Assembly: GCA_016840035.1 (NCBI GenBank)
Contig: JAEOTC010000038.1
Span: 32,001 to 96,000 of the forward strand
Source: Candidatus Hodarchaeota archaeon
Lineage (GTDB): Archaea; Asgardarchaeota; Heimdallarchaeia; Hodarchaeales; Hodarchaeaceae
Reading direction: 5' to 3'
Length of the DNA: 64,000 bases
Each line of letters begins with the position of its first letter. Position 1 is the first letter of the stretch. The notes below the pieces were generated by a model. It saw only the letters and a list, made by a program, of their open reading frames with translations. It did no database searches and was not told where the DNA came from. Position numbers and translations under genes: made by a program. This document shows, one piece after another, positions 19,733 through 29,713 of this stretch.

Positions 19733-21214
19733 ATGTCACAAACCAACCCTCTTCCTACGGAAGGAGGGGCGCAGGCCCCACTTCCTGACCGTGTCATCAC
19801 GGGGCAAAACGCCCCATGGCCGGTCGTCCCCGAAGAGTACACCTTCCAGGAGGTGTCTCTTTGGGAGTTTACCAATCTCTATGTCCTGTTGGGCAAAGAC
19901 GATTGGATTACCCTGTCAACATTGTTGCAGGGAATCAATCTCTCGGCAATAAGTCGAGAGATTGGGATAGGCGTATCCGTCCTATCCAACATTCGAGAAT
20001 CCCCCGATCAAACGATCGCGGTGGCGAATCTCGAACATCTCTGCCACTATGCAGGGATGGATCTTTCACAGGTCGAGCGAAACGCGCGAGCGGTTCGTTT
20101 TTCTAAACGAGGTGACCTGGAGTACCTCAAATTTCCATTCGTCATGGATATTTATGCCTGGCGAGTCCTTTGTCACATTGCTGGAGATGGTAATGTGCAT
20201 TTTCGCAAGTATCCTGATCTCCGGTGGATTCAACTCCCCGAGCATCAGGATCCAATGCGGACTCTTCTATCCAATCTGAGTCGTGATCCAACAATTGATT
20301 ACGAACGGATGATATATCCTAAGACATTAGCTTATGCTATCTTGGGAACCATTCGAGGGATCACATTCCGTGACCTTCGGACCCCTTCATTCATACAATT
20401 TGTACTTGATTTACCCAGTCGCTATCGTGATTGGAAAGTACAATTCCTTGCCGCTTTCATCGTAGATGATGGATGTATTGGTGAGGACATATCTATTTCT
20501 CAGAAGGATGAACGAGTCCTTCGCCTCATCATGCAACTATGTGATCAGTTGGGATATGATCATTCCCCGCTATATCCAAGTAAGCGTGATGGAGTAAATA
20601 ACTTTCAGTTACGTCAGGAAGGAATTCAAGCCTTCTTATATGATGTAGCGCCCCTTTATGCACGTGATCCACTTCTAGGTCTCTGGCATAAGCATACACA
20701 ACTCTTAACTGTTGCTAGTTCTTTTTCTTCAGAAAGAAAACTAGATCAAAAGTTATCTGTTCATGTGTGCACCACTATCCTTCAGATTTTGGAGGATGGA
20801 ACTATCTATTCCACGGATGAACTGCGTGTTCATCCAGCTCTTCAAGTTTATCTTGAAGGGTACCCATCCTATGTTTTAAACAGAAGATTGGGAATTCTCC
20901 ATCGTTCTATGAATCTCATTCATGAGGACATCAAGAACAATGGAACCTCTTACCGGCCTAAACGCTGGTATGTTCCTCGTTGTACTACTTCAGAACACTT
21001 GATTCAAGTGTTTCATGCGAAGTACAACAATCGTGCTCATCCACAATCCTACAAACGTAGGAACATTACTTCTCAGATGGTAGAGGACGCCATTGAGGAA
21101 CTTAGTGCGCAGGGGGTCAAACCTAGTGCACTAAATGTCTCTCGTTTCATAGGGTGCTCGAAAAAGCAGCTCTATAAACGAAAAGACTTACGGGTGTACT
21201 TCATTGGTAAATGA
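19733..21214 (+). CDS. HTH-containing double-motif LAGLIDADG endonuclease-like protein
   Basis: Xre-like HTH (LSAISREIGIGVSVLSNI), LAGLIDADG-like helices VLCHIAGDGNV and FLAAFIVDDGCI, C-terminal HTH (ALNVSRFIGCSKKQLY); ATG at 19733 after GGTGA, ORF open from 19106. Confidence 0.7.
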   Translation: MSQTNPLPTEGGAQAPLPDRVITGQNAPWPVVPEEYTFQEVSLWEFTNLYVLLGKDDWITLSTLLQGINLSAISREIGIGVSVLSNIRESPDQTIAVANLEHLCHYAGMDLSQVERNARAVRFSKRGDLEYLKFPFVMDIYAWRVLCHIAGDGNVHFRKYPDLRWIQLPEHQDPMRTLLSNLSRDPTIDYERMIYPKTLAYAILGTIRGITFRDLRTPSFIQFVLDLPSRYRDWKVQFLAAFIVDDGCIGEDISISQKDERVLRLIMQLCDQLGYDHSPLYPSKRDGVNNFQLRQEGIQAFLYDVAPLYARDPLLGLWHKHTQLLTVASSFSSERKLDQKLSVHVCTTILQILEDGTIYSTDELRVHPALQVYLEGYPSYVLNRRLGILHRSMNLIHEDIKNNGTSYRPKRWYVPRCTTSEHLIQVFHAKYNNRAHPQSYKRRNITSQMVEDAIEELSAQGVKPSALNVSRFIGCSKKQLYKRKDLRVYFIGK

Positions 21215-21250
21215 AGTCACTCCCATTCCCTTCTCTTTTTTTTTCATAAC

Positions 21251-21838
21251 TCAAACTTGATACGGAAGACTAGTTTCATCAAGTTTTACGATCTCATTTC
21301 CACTAATTGACCATGAGAACCTCTCACATGCTTCTTTGAAAACAACATCTGTTACTAGAAAATCCAGAATTCCTGAATCTTTACTAGAATCAAGGATTTT
21401 AACTTTTTTCCTTCGGGTCCACTCACGAAGTATTTTGATATCCTCAGTTAACTCCATAAGTTTTTGGAGAATCTCATCAAGAGGACGACATACATCAATT
21501 GCATATTTAAACGAGATGTAAAAGTGAATTGGTGTGCGAAACAAAGAGACTGGAGATTCTTGAGTAAAATGGTTTTTAATGGAATTTTCCACAAATCTCG
21601 CATCTTGAAGAGAGAGGGGGTTTTTTAGAGATCGAGATCCGTCATTATTCTTTTTGATTTGCACAATTACTTCTTGAACGAAGTCCTGGTTATTTATTGA
21701 AGGAAATCCATCAAAAATTAGTCTTTTACTTGTAAAATCAGTATAGTTTATTTGTGTGTATCTATCCTTGATTGCAAGAGGTGTATCTGAATAATTTTGA
21801 TTTTTAATCTCATTAGGGTTTTGTTCATCTTCTTCCAC
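21251..21838 (-). CDS. Hypothetical protein
   Basis: 195-aa ORF, GTG start preceded by GGAGGT. Confidence 0.6.
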   Translation of the reverse strand: MEEDEQNPNEIKNQNYSDTPLAIKDRYTQINYTDFTSKRLIFDGFPSINNQDFVQEVIVQIKKNNDGSRSLKNPLSLQDARFVENSIKNHFTQESPVSLFRTPIHFYISFKYAIDVCRPLDEILQKLMELTEDIKILREWTRRKKVKILDSSKDSGILDFLVTDVVFKEACERFSWSISGNEIVKLDETSLPYQV

Positions 21839-21990
21839 ATATTTACCTCCTTAGAGTCAATAAACGTGAAGGATTTTTAGAAACCCAAGTTCATTAGATT
21901 GTTAAATCCTAACAAAAAAGAAGAACATAATGAAATTAAGAAAAAAAGAATCCAAGCAATTATTATAATAAAAAAGAAAGGAGATCCCGT

Positions 21991-23004
21991 CTAGACGGTA
22001 ATCTCGATACTTAGCTTGCGCACGAGCTCTTTGTAGCGATTTCTCACGGTAACTTCGGTAACGTGAGCGACCTCTGATATTTCCCGCTGTGTCCGTCGTT
22101 CTCCGTTGATTATCCCGCTGATATAGATTGCTGCGGCTGCTAGGCCGGTTGGGTCTTTTCCTGCTGTCAATCCTCCGGCTTTTGCGCGTTTTAGGATTTC
22201 TGCGGCTTTTCGTTGACAGACTCCTGATAATCGTAATTCTGTCCCAAACCGTACCAGATAATCTATGGGGCTTGCGAGGGGGATATTCAGGTATAATTCC
22301 CTGAGTAATAAGCGGTAACATCTGCCCAGTTCTTTTTTTGTGATTCGTGATTCTTTTGCGATCTCATCGAGTGTTCTGGGTACCCGGCGTACGCGTGCGG
22401 ATGCATAGATGGTTGCTGCGACCATCGCTTCTATGGAGCGTCCTCGTACTAAGCGTTTTTCTATGGCTTTTCGATAGATTATTGCTGAGGTTTCTTTTAC
22501 ATTGCGTGGTATTCCGAGTTGTGAGGCTAATCGATCCATTTCTGACATGGCGAATGCCAGATTTCTATCCATTGAGCTATGGACTCTTGTTCGTATTTGC
22601 CATTTTCGTAATCGATAGATTTGTGCTCGTCGTGAGGCTGTGAGTTTGTTGCCAAACGTATCTCGGTTTTCATATCCTATAATTGTTGATAAGCCTTTAT
22701 CATGTACTGAAAATGTGCTAGGTGATCCTACACGACTGCGTTTATCGCGTTCTTCGCTATTGAACGCACGCCATTCGGGTCCTTCATCTATTAATCGTGT
22801 TTCCAGTACGTAACCACATTTTTCACAGATTAGTTCGCCTCGATTTTCGTCGGCGACGATATCTGTGGATCCACAGTTTTTACATTCGAGGATTTCTTCC
22901 TCATCATCTACCTGGCCTTTTTTCTGTGGTTTTGCTTTTGCTTCTTTCATAAGTGCCATTCCTGAGCGTTCCTTCTCAAACTTGTGATTGCCTGGTCGGG
23001 GCAT
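21991..23004 (-). CDS. tfb: Transcription initiation factor IIB (TFB)
   Basis: Zn ribbon CKNC...CEKC, B-reader IDEGPEWRAF...RSRVG, two cyclin repeats, HTH EVTVRNRYKEL. Confidence 0.98.
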   Translation of the reverse strand: MPRPGNHKFEKERSGMALMKEAKAKPQKKGQVDDEEEILECKNCGSTDIVADENRGELICEKCGYVLETRLIDEGPEWRAFNSEERDKRSRVGSPSTFSVHDKGLSTIIGYENRDTFGNKLTASRRAQIYRLRKWQIRTRVHSSMDRNLAFAMSEMDRLASQLGIPRNVKETSAIIYRKAIEKRLVRGRSIEAMVAATIYASARVRRVPRTLDEIAKESRITKKELGRCYRLLLRELYLNIPLASPIDYLVRFGTELRLSGVCQRKAAEILKRAKAGGLTAGKDPTGLAAAAIYISGIINGERRTQREISEVAHVTEVTVRNRYKELVRKLSIEITV

Positions 23005-23175
23005 TAGCGTTCCTTATTGGGAATCTATTCTCGTTTCGATAGCGCGCTCTCACTTCTGTGCGACAAATAACTGCGAGAGTGTGTTCTTTCTTACTAAAAG
23101 ACTGGGGAAAATTAATTGCCACCTAGGGTGAGCGCCTGACCTCAATCACCACTAATCTCAAAGGCTTTTTCCTCC

Positions 23176-23192
23176 TTTATAAGCCTTTTCGC
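23176..23192 (-). promoter_or_regulatory. Candidate BRE-TATA promoter of tfb
   Basis: Minus strand GCGAAAAGGCTTATAAA about 170 nt upstream of the tfb start. Confidence 0.4.
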
Positions 23193-23450
23193 AAGACTTA
23201 TATATGATTTCCCTTATGCCGGGGGCCCCATTTTCCCTGTCCCTCCTTGTTTGCACTTCTTCTGTTGACTTTTTTAAGCAATTCGTTTTTCCCTGTATTT
23301 TCTTGTTATTTTTGTAATTTATTACTTGTTTAACTAGAGAAATCCTTCGTTAAACGAGTGAGTATCTTGAATTATACCTCGAATGAAAAAACCTCAATAC
23401 ATACCTTCTAACTTCAACATCTTCAAGCAATAATAAATTATTTCCTTTCA

Positions 23451-24782
23451 ATGCATTTCCCTTTAATTGAGAAGACCGTGACAAAACCAAGCGTTAATCC
23501 TCCTATTACCCTAATTCCGGAGGAAGCTTCATCAATCCAAAATAGAAAACCAACTATTTATGGAGTAGCTATCGGGAAGGATACAGGACATTTTATTGTC
23601 GCCACTTACTCACAAATCTACGCTGTATTTGTTGCTGCATCTCCTCTTCTCCTTTCAATCATCACAAGCATCAGAAATCTTATTCAACTTACTGTTCAAA
23701 TGCCTTTTGGTAGATTAAGTGACAGATATGGTAGAAAACCATTCTTGACCATGGGTCTATTTATTTCAGCCCTAACGAGCTTTATAATTCCAATGATTTC
23801 GAATCCTCTTATCCTACTTATCGCTATAATCATTTATTCCCTAGCTTTTAGTATATTTTCACCTTCTTGGATTGCCCTCTTAGGTGATTCGTCTCATGAA
23901 ACAACTAGAGGTTCTTATATTGGACGTATTACAACAATAACGGTTATTTTCACGATGTTCGTCTTTCTGATCTCAGGTTGGGTAATACCCTTTCTTACAC
24001 AAGATGAAGCCTCTCAATATTCTATCATTTATTCTATCGCAGGATTTGGCTTTCTCTTCGCAGGTATTATTACATTCTTCTTCCTGCACGAAACACATGC
24101 TGGAAATAAATCAGAAAGTGAAATCCATACTCTCCCCACAAATGGGACTACTAATAAATTTTTGGCAAAGTTCTCCATTCATAACATCTTTGCTCCTTTT
24201 CGAGAAAATCCAACGTTCACTCGCTTTGTGATCATTAGTGCATTGATGGATTTTAGTATGTCCACAGGATGGCCTCTCTTCAGCTTTATTCGTCAACGCT
24301 ATGCAACACCCAGTCAATTCAGTTTTCTCTGGGCTGTTCATATGGCATGCCAGATCTTTTCTTTATCCATCGGAGGCAAAGTAATTGACAAATATGGAAA
24401 GAAAATTGGATTTAATGGACGAAGAATTATGTTCTTGATCCCATTGGTACTTTTCTTTGCCCGAGATTGGGTACAACTGGCAATTGGGAATTTTATTGGA
24501 GGAATTGGATATGGGCTATACTTTATCACAGCCACTGCTTACATCATTGATTCCGCTCCAGAGGAATCCAAAGGAAGATATATTGGTATATACCAGCTTG
24601 TCATGGGACTTTCAACCTTTCTCGGTTCCTTTGCTATGGGCGTGGTTGCTGAAATCCTTATCCCAATTTTAGGAAAATGGTCTGCGATCTATTCACTTGT
24701 ATTAGTTGTTGTGATTTTACGATTTTTGGGAGGAATTGCCTTTTATTTTGTTGATGAACCATCTAAACCAACTTCCAATTAG
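23451..24782 (+). CDS. MFS transporter
   Basis: GRLSDRYGRKP motif A, about 12 TM helices, GKVIDKYGKK repeat. Confidence 0.9.
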   Translation: MHFPLIEKTVTKPSVNPPITLIPEEASSIQNRKPTIYGVAIGKDTGHFIVATYSQIYAVFVAASPLLLSIITSIRNLIQLTVQMPFGRLSDRYGRKPFLTMGLFISALTSFIIPMISNPLILLIAIIIYSLAFSIFSPSWIALLGDSSHETTRGSYIGRITTITVIFTMFVFLISGWVIPFLTQDEASQYSIIYSIAGFGFLFAGIITFFFLHETHAGNKSESEIHTLPTNGTTNKFLAKFSIHNIFAPFRENPTFTRFVIISALMDFSMSTGWPLFSFIRQRYATPSQFSFLWAVHMACQIFSLSIGGKVIDKYGKKIGFNGRRIMFLIPLVLFFARDWVQLAIGNFIGGIGYGLYFITATAYIIDSAPEESKGRYIGIYQLVMGLSTFLGSFAMGVVAEILIPILGKWSAIYSLVLVVVILRFLGGIAFYFVDEPSKPTSN

Positions 24783-24884
24783 TTTCATACAAAATCAAAG
24801 AAATCGATTATACCCATCCAAAGTTTAAAATATCGATCAAATCTACTTTGGGGGTATATTCAGAAAATTTCTAGGTGATCACGT

Positions 24885-25490
24885 TTGGAGTCAGAAGAGG
24901 ACAGAAAGAGAGCTTATGATGAAAGGTTGATTGTTAAAGAGTCAGCTTTGGATTTATTAGGCCATTTTTCAACAGCTGCTGCTATCTTAGCAGGATTTTT
25001 CTTAACAGCGGCAATTTTCTTGGTTTCAGTAAATGCTGAACGACTTGGTTCCGCTCAATACAGTTTCCTAGATGAACCGATTGGGGATCAATTTGGTCTT
25101 ACTGAAATCCTACGTCAATGGTTACCAGATTCTTTTGTTACGAATTATTGGCCTAATCATTATTCTTATATGTTAATAATCTTTATCATTCTATTCTTAC
25201 TCGCTATGTTTTCTTATGCCTGTTATATTCAGGCTGGGTTATCTCATATGAAAGTTCTCGAAGGAAAAAGCAGTTCCCTTAATCGTGTTTGGTTTTGGCA
25301 AAAATGGGGGTTGCGTATCTTAATCTTAGGCTTGATCGCTGCATTCATCAGTCTACCTTGGGCTATTCTTCGCTTTGCTTTTGAACATGCCTTTTCTTGG
25401 ACTATCGTTCTCCTTTCTATTGTACTCATCTGTGGCTTGATTCTTGGAATTGGTATCAAGCTGATAAATATCCGAAGGATGAGCCACTGA
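24885..25490 (+). CDS. Hypothetical membrane protein (about 4 TM)
   Basis: Hydrophobic helices; TTG start after GGTGA. Confidence 0.65.
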   Translation: MESEEDRKRAYDERLIVKESALDLLGHFSTAAAILAGFFLTAAIFLVSVNAERLGSAQYSFLDEPIGDQFGLTEILRQWLPDSFVTNYWPNHYSYMLIIFIILFLLAMFSYACYIQAGLSHMKVLEGKSSSLNRVWFWQKWGLRILILGLIAAFISLPWAILRFAFEHAFSWTIVLLSIVLICGLILGIGIKLINIRRMSH

Positions 25491-25537
25491 TCAGTTGAAT
25501 AACCAGATTTATCTATACAGTTCAAGAGATTACGGTA

Positions 25538-26815
25538 ATGGCACCAAATATCCGTCACCAATTATTAGCCTTTATGTCAATATCTCATTTTATTCATCAT
25601 GTGCTATTGTATGCGTTCCCTGCTTTAATTATCCTTATCATTAATGACATTCCTCTCACTTATCTCGAAATGGGAATATTAGGTTCTCTTCCGTCTTTGA
25701 TTATGGCCTTTACCTCTCCCGCAATCGGTTATTTAGGAAAAAAGGCACGAAAAGGATTTTTCATTGTTCTCATCGGTGTCTTTTTCTTTGCTGTGTCTAG
25801 TTTTTGTATCTCGATTGCTAATGACTTCTTAGGATTGTTTTTAGGGAATATTATTCTTGGATTTGGTTGCACTACATATCATCCCGTAGGTTTGGGTGTT
25901 TCGGCGAATTCTTTTTCAGATCGTAACCGTGGTAAGGCCATGGCTATAAACCATGCCGCTGGAGTGATTGGAACTGCAGTCAGCCCATTTAGTACGCTAT
26001 CATTGGCATTGTTTGTTTTGACTTGGCGATGGACTTTCTTTTTATTAGGTTTGGTCTGTATATTTCTTGCCATTGTTCTTCTTATATGGATGTTTTTCCA
26101 GAAATTAATAACTCGTTTTGAAACCTTAGTATCACTAAAGGAGAAACAGAATTCCCAAAGTGAAACAATGAAGAACTCTTCGATTCGGCATTCACCTCAT
26201 AGAAACTGGATTTTAACGAGTTTAGCTCTTATAATCATAATTAGTGCAATGCGAGGGGGAGTCTATCGATCTGTTAGTTATTTTACCACTACTTTACTCC
26301 GAAACTTCTATGATTTTGATGCTTTCATGGCTGGAGGAATAACCAGTTTTATTCTTTTATTAGGATCTATGTCTGATATTTATGGCGCTGTCAATTCAGA
26401 TAGAATGGGGCCACGCGGAAGAATTAGAATTATCCTTATTTCTGCATTAATCTCAAGTTTGGCTATTACTAGCCTTATTGTATTTACAGTTAGCTTTACG
26501 GATGTTTTAATGATTATCCTCGGATTCTCCGTATTTGCTATAGGATTTTATCTTGCAGGAGGAACATTGCAAGCATTACAAGTTGATCTCGTTCCTGTGG
26601 GAGATAGAACGTTTTTCTACTCGCTCGTTTTTTCCCTAGGTCTCGTTGTTAGTTCCTTTTCCCCTACAATCTTTGGAGCACTACTGGATGAATTTAATTC
26701 TCCTGTGGGTGGATTACTCTTTATGTTAAGTTTAATGGTAATATCTTTTATTATAACAGAGATGTTTCGTCGACGAATTCCGTTTGCGGAGAAGAACCAA
26801 TTATTTTCTAATTAA
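25538..26815 (+). CDS. MFS transporter (Fsr-like)
   Basis: SHFIHH, YHPVG, RGKAMAIN motifs; about 12 TM helices. Confidence 0.85.
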   Translation: MAPNIRHQLLAFMSISHFIHHVLLYAFPALIILIINDIPLTYLEMGILGSLPSLIMAFTSPAIGYLGKKARKGFFIVLIGVFFFAVSSFCISIANDFLGLFLGNIILGFGCTTYHPVGLGVSANSFSDRNRGKAMAINHAAGVIGTAVSPFSTLSLALFVLTWRWTFFLLGLVCIFLAIVLLIWMFFQKLITRFETLVSLKEKQNSQSETMKNSSIRHSPHRNWILTSLALIIIISAMRGGVYRSVSYFTTTLLRNFYDFDAFMAGGITSFILLLGSMSDIYGAVNSDRMGPRGRIRIILISALISSLAITSLIVFTVSFTDVLMIILGFSVFAIGFYLAGGTLQALQVDLVPVGDRTFFYSLVFSLGLVVSSFSPTIFGALLDEFNSPVGGLLFMLSLMVISFIITEMFRRRIPFAEKNQLFSN

Positions 26816-27586
26816 TTATATATAATAACTGGGTCCTCGTGAGGATTCATCATCTGAACCACCCTCTGCTTCCTCTGCTTGATGTAATAAATCATTTTTC
26901 TGAACAGCTTCCTCAATAATTCCATCAAGGTCTTCATATTTATAATCAAGAGAGAAAAGTTTTGCTAATCGTTTAAGGAGATTTTTGCTAGCTAATGGAT
27001 CTGTACCGACTAGAGTTAATTTCCCAAGTAATCCAAAACTCCGTAATCCCTTCTCCGCAGCTAAAGCTGAGAAGACTCCTACTGCTCCTGTTATTTCTCC
27101 TCCCTTTAAAGGTGTGATTTCAAACCCTTCTAACCACTTCATGGTTTCTTCGTTATAACCAAATGCAGCGACTTCTGGTCCTTCTTCTAATGCCCTGAGT
27201 CCTCCCAAACACACAACAGTCTTTGCTTTCAACTCAATGACAAAATCTAGAACTTCATTCAAGACCTGTATAATTCCGATATCATGGGGTTGCGCATCAC
27301 CTGTTAATATCAATAGATTCGGAGTTGTTTTTGTGATTGCGTAGATTTCCATTCGTGCCAGTTGCCCTACTCCCTGGTCATTATCAATCTGCACCACAGG
27401 TGGGAAGAATGAACTGTATACACGGGCAATTTCGACGCCATTAAATTGATCGATTAAAAAATTGGCTGCGATCTTTCCTATTAACCCCATACCGGGTAAT
27501 CCTTGAATAACAACTGTATCAGGCTTTAGATCTACTTCGGTAAGTTTATGGAAGTAGCTGAAAGAATTTCCATTCGATTGACTCAA
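26816..27586 (-). CDS. PAC2-family proteasome assembly chaperone
   Basis: IQGLPGMGLIGKIA, YSSFFPPVV, LTGDAQP, CLGG, DPLAS motifs; C-terminal YYI resembles HbYX. Confidence 0.88.
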   Translation of the reverse strand: MSQSNGNSFSYFHKLTEVDLKPDTVVIQGLPGMGLIGKIAANFLIDQFNGVEIARVYSSFFPPVVQIDNDQGVGQLARMEIYAITKTTPNLLILTGDAQPHDIGIIQVLNEVLDFVIELKAKTVVCLGGLRALEEGPEVAAFGYNEETMKWLEGFEITPLKGGEITGAVGVFSALAAEKGLRSFGLLGKLTLVGTDPLASKNLLKRLAKLFSLDYKYEDLDGIIEEAVQKNDLLHQAEEAEGGSDDESSRGPSYYI

Positions 27587-27718
27587 TATAGTACCTCAAT
27601 TACTAATTCGTTCTCAACATTTTATTGACTAGGTTGCGGAAAAACGAGTGAATCCCACACAGAAAAGGGAATGATAAAGAGATTGAGTCGTTTTCCAAGA
27701 AATATTGATTTTTATCTC

Positions 27719-28684
27719 CTAATAATCGAGGGGAGGACCATCACGAATACCTTGAGGAGTGATATGATAGACTGCTTCTCTTTCAGCTAATTCGGGTGAA
27801 TCAAATATACGAGCAATACGTGCAGTTCCCCTTGATTTACGTAATAGGATTCTATGAGTAGGTCTATGACCCCATGCAAATCCCAATGCAGGTTCCAAAT
27901 TTTGTGCTCCTGAGAATAGATTATCAGGGTTACTAAGAATTTGATTTGTAGTTATAATAGCTAGTTTGTAGCTATCTGCTAATCGTTGAAGAGTTTCCGC
28001 ATGAGCCATAAGCGTCTGTTGACGTCTTGGAAGGTTCTCTTTCCCAGGAAATTCGGCGCGGAAATGTGATGCCATAGAGTCGATGACTACTAATCGAATA
28101 TTGTTTTCCTCAATGATTTTGTCTGCATTCTTGATCAACTGAATCTGGTGATCTGAATTATAAGCACGACTCACAAAGATATTGTTTAAGAATATTTTTG
28201 GATCATCTGTAAACGAATATGCCATTTCGGCTACCCTTGCGGGAGCAAATGTATTTTCTGTGTCAACAAAGAGAGCTTTTCCTTCTAATCCTCCTTCTTC
28301 TACGCTTCGTTGAACATTTAGACATAATTGAAATGATATTTGTGTTTTTCCGGTTGCAAATGCTCCACTAAATTCTGTAATGGATCCAACAGTAATTCCT
28401 CCTCCCAAGATGTCATCAAGTGATTGTGAAGAGGTGGTAATTCTAGGTTTTGTTAACTCTTGCTTCAATAGTGATGCTGCTGTTGTTGGTTGGTTCATTC
28501 CAATGACTTTTCTTGCTTGATTCACTGCTCGTTCTGCAGATGACTTACTTACTTCGCAGCGTTCCATTACTTCACTTGGAGGAGTCGCAGCTAGCGCCAT
28601 TAGACTAGGAAACTCTTCCTCAAGTCGGCCTCGAAGCTCTTTTGCTACATTTAACTGAGTGAAATCATTTGTCTTGCTCATCAT
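27719..28684 (-). CDS. radA: DNA repair and recombination protein RadA (Rad51-like)
   Basis: N-terminal HhH domain, GAFATGKTQ, DTENTF, LVVIDS, FRAEF, RIARIFDSP. Confidence 0.9.
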   Translation of the reverse strand: MMSKTNDFTQLNVAKELRGRLEEEFPSLMALAATPPSEVMERCEVSKSSAERAVNQARKVIGMNQPTTAASLLKQELTKPRITTSSQSLDDILGGGITVGSITEFSGAFATGKTQISFQLCLNVQRSVEEGGLEGKALFVDTENTFAPARVAEMAYSFTDDPKIFLNNIFVSRAYNSDHQIQLIKNADKIIEENNIRLVVIDSMASHFRAEFPGKENLPRRQQTLMAHAETLQRLADSYKLAIITTNQILSNPDNLFSGAQNLEPALGFAWGHRPTHRILLRKSRGTARIARIFDSPELAEREAVYHITPQGIRDGPPLDY

Positions 28685-28782
28685 TCATCCTTTCAATGGA
28701 ACCAGTTATTATTTCCAAAATATGAGTATTAAGTCTCCTTAGGTTGAGGAAATTTCTTCTTACGCTATATTAGGTTTTCTCT

Positions 28783-29694
28783 CTACCGACGTATTTTTGT
28801 CATCAGGTAGTCAACTATTTTTTCAGCGACATTAATATTGGGATTCGCTATTTCAAACGCTTTCCACCCAGGACAGGCATTTACTTCAAGAACATACATC
28901 CCATTTGGTGTAGGAAATAGGTCGATTCCAGCCACTTCAATCTTTATTCTTTCGACTATTTGATGAACTAATTCTTCATCTTCCGTTGATAATGTATATG
29001 CTTCACAATTTGCTCCAAGGGCAAAATTTGTTCTCCATTCTCCTGTTAAAGCAGTTCGTTTCATACTCCCAATTATTTCGTTTCCTATGGAAAATACTCG
29101 TATATCGGCGGAGGGGGGAGCTTTATGCGGAGGCCCAGTTTGAAGATATTCTTGAATCATAATTGGTTCAGAGGATCGCATGAACAATGATTCAATTATT
29201 TCCTCAGCAGCTTTTGAATTGTAAGCCAACAGTGTTCCACTTCCCTGTGTTGCATCAGGTAGTTTGATTACCAATGGGAATTTGAAAGCTTTTAACAGTT
29301 GGTCTATCTGGAATGCGTTATTTATCAAGATCGTTTTTGGCAATTGGACCCCTTTAATCTTTGAGATGGTTTGATAGCACCGAAATTTATCCCGAGAAAG
29401 GAATAGCGCTTCTGCGGAGAGAGTACTTGGTATATCCATCAGTTCGAAGTGCTTCAGGCATAATACACCTAAATTTGTTTGTGATCTGCCTATACGTGGA
29501 ATAACCCCCAAAAGAGGGTGTAGTGATTGGTTTGCGAACCTAGCATCAGCTCCAGTAGAGCTAATTAGGGGAAAAACATATTGTGTAGAAAGGAAAACAC
29601 CAGAAACATCGTTTCTTTTATTTATGTCCTTTAGTAATTCGGTTGTCGGGAAATAATCCTTATTTCGACTTAGGACACCTATTTGTCTTGCCAG
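28783..29694 (-). CDS. RimK/LysX-family ATP-grasp ligase
   Basis: IPRIG, QGSG, IQEY, DIRV, EWRTNFALG, LEVNACPGW; frame stays open to a CTG at 29694 just downstream of AGGAGG, restoring the RimK-type N-terminus IGVLSRN. Confidence 0.85.
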   Translation of the reverse strand: MARQIGVLSRNKDYFPTTELLKDINKRNDVSGVFLSTQYVFPLISSTGADARFANQSLHPLLGVIPRIGRSQTNLGVLCLKHFELMDIPSTLSAEALFLSRDKFRCYQTISKIKGVQLPKTILINNAFQIDQLLKAFKFPLVIKLPDATQGSGTLLAYNSKAAEEIIESLFMRSSEPIMIQEYLQTGPPHKAPPSADIRVFSIGNEIIGSMKRTALTGEWRTNFALGANCEAYTLSTEDEELVHQIVERIKIEVAGIDLFPTPNGMYVLEVNACPGWKAFEIANPNINVAEKIVDYLMTKIRR

Positions 29695-29713
29695 ACTTGA
29701 ATGCCTCCTTAGA

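Noticed and set aside
21902-22643. 139-aa and 98-aa ORFs overlapping tfb
   Set aside because: Alternative-frame or antisense shadows of a highly conserved gene.
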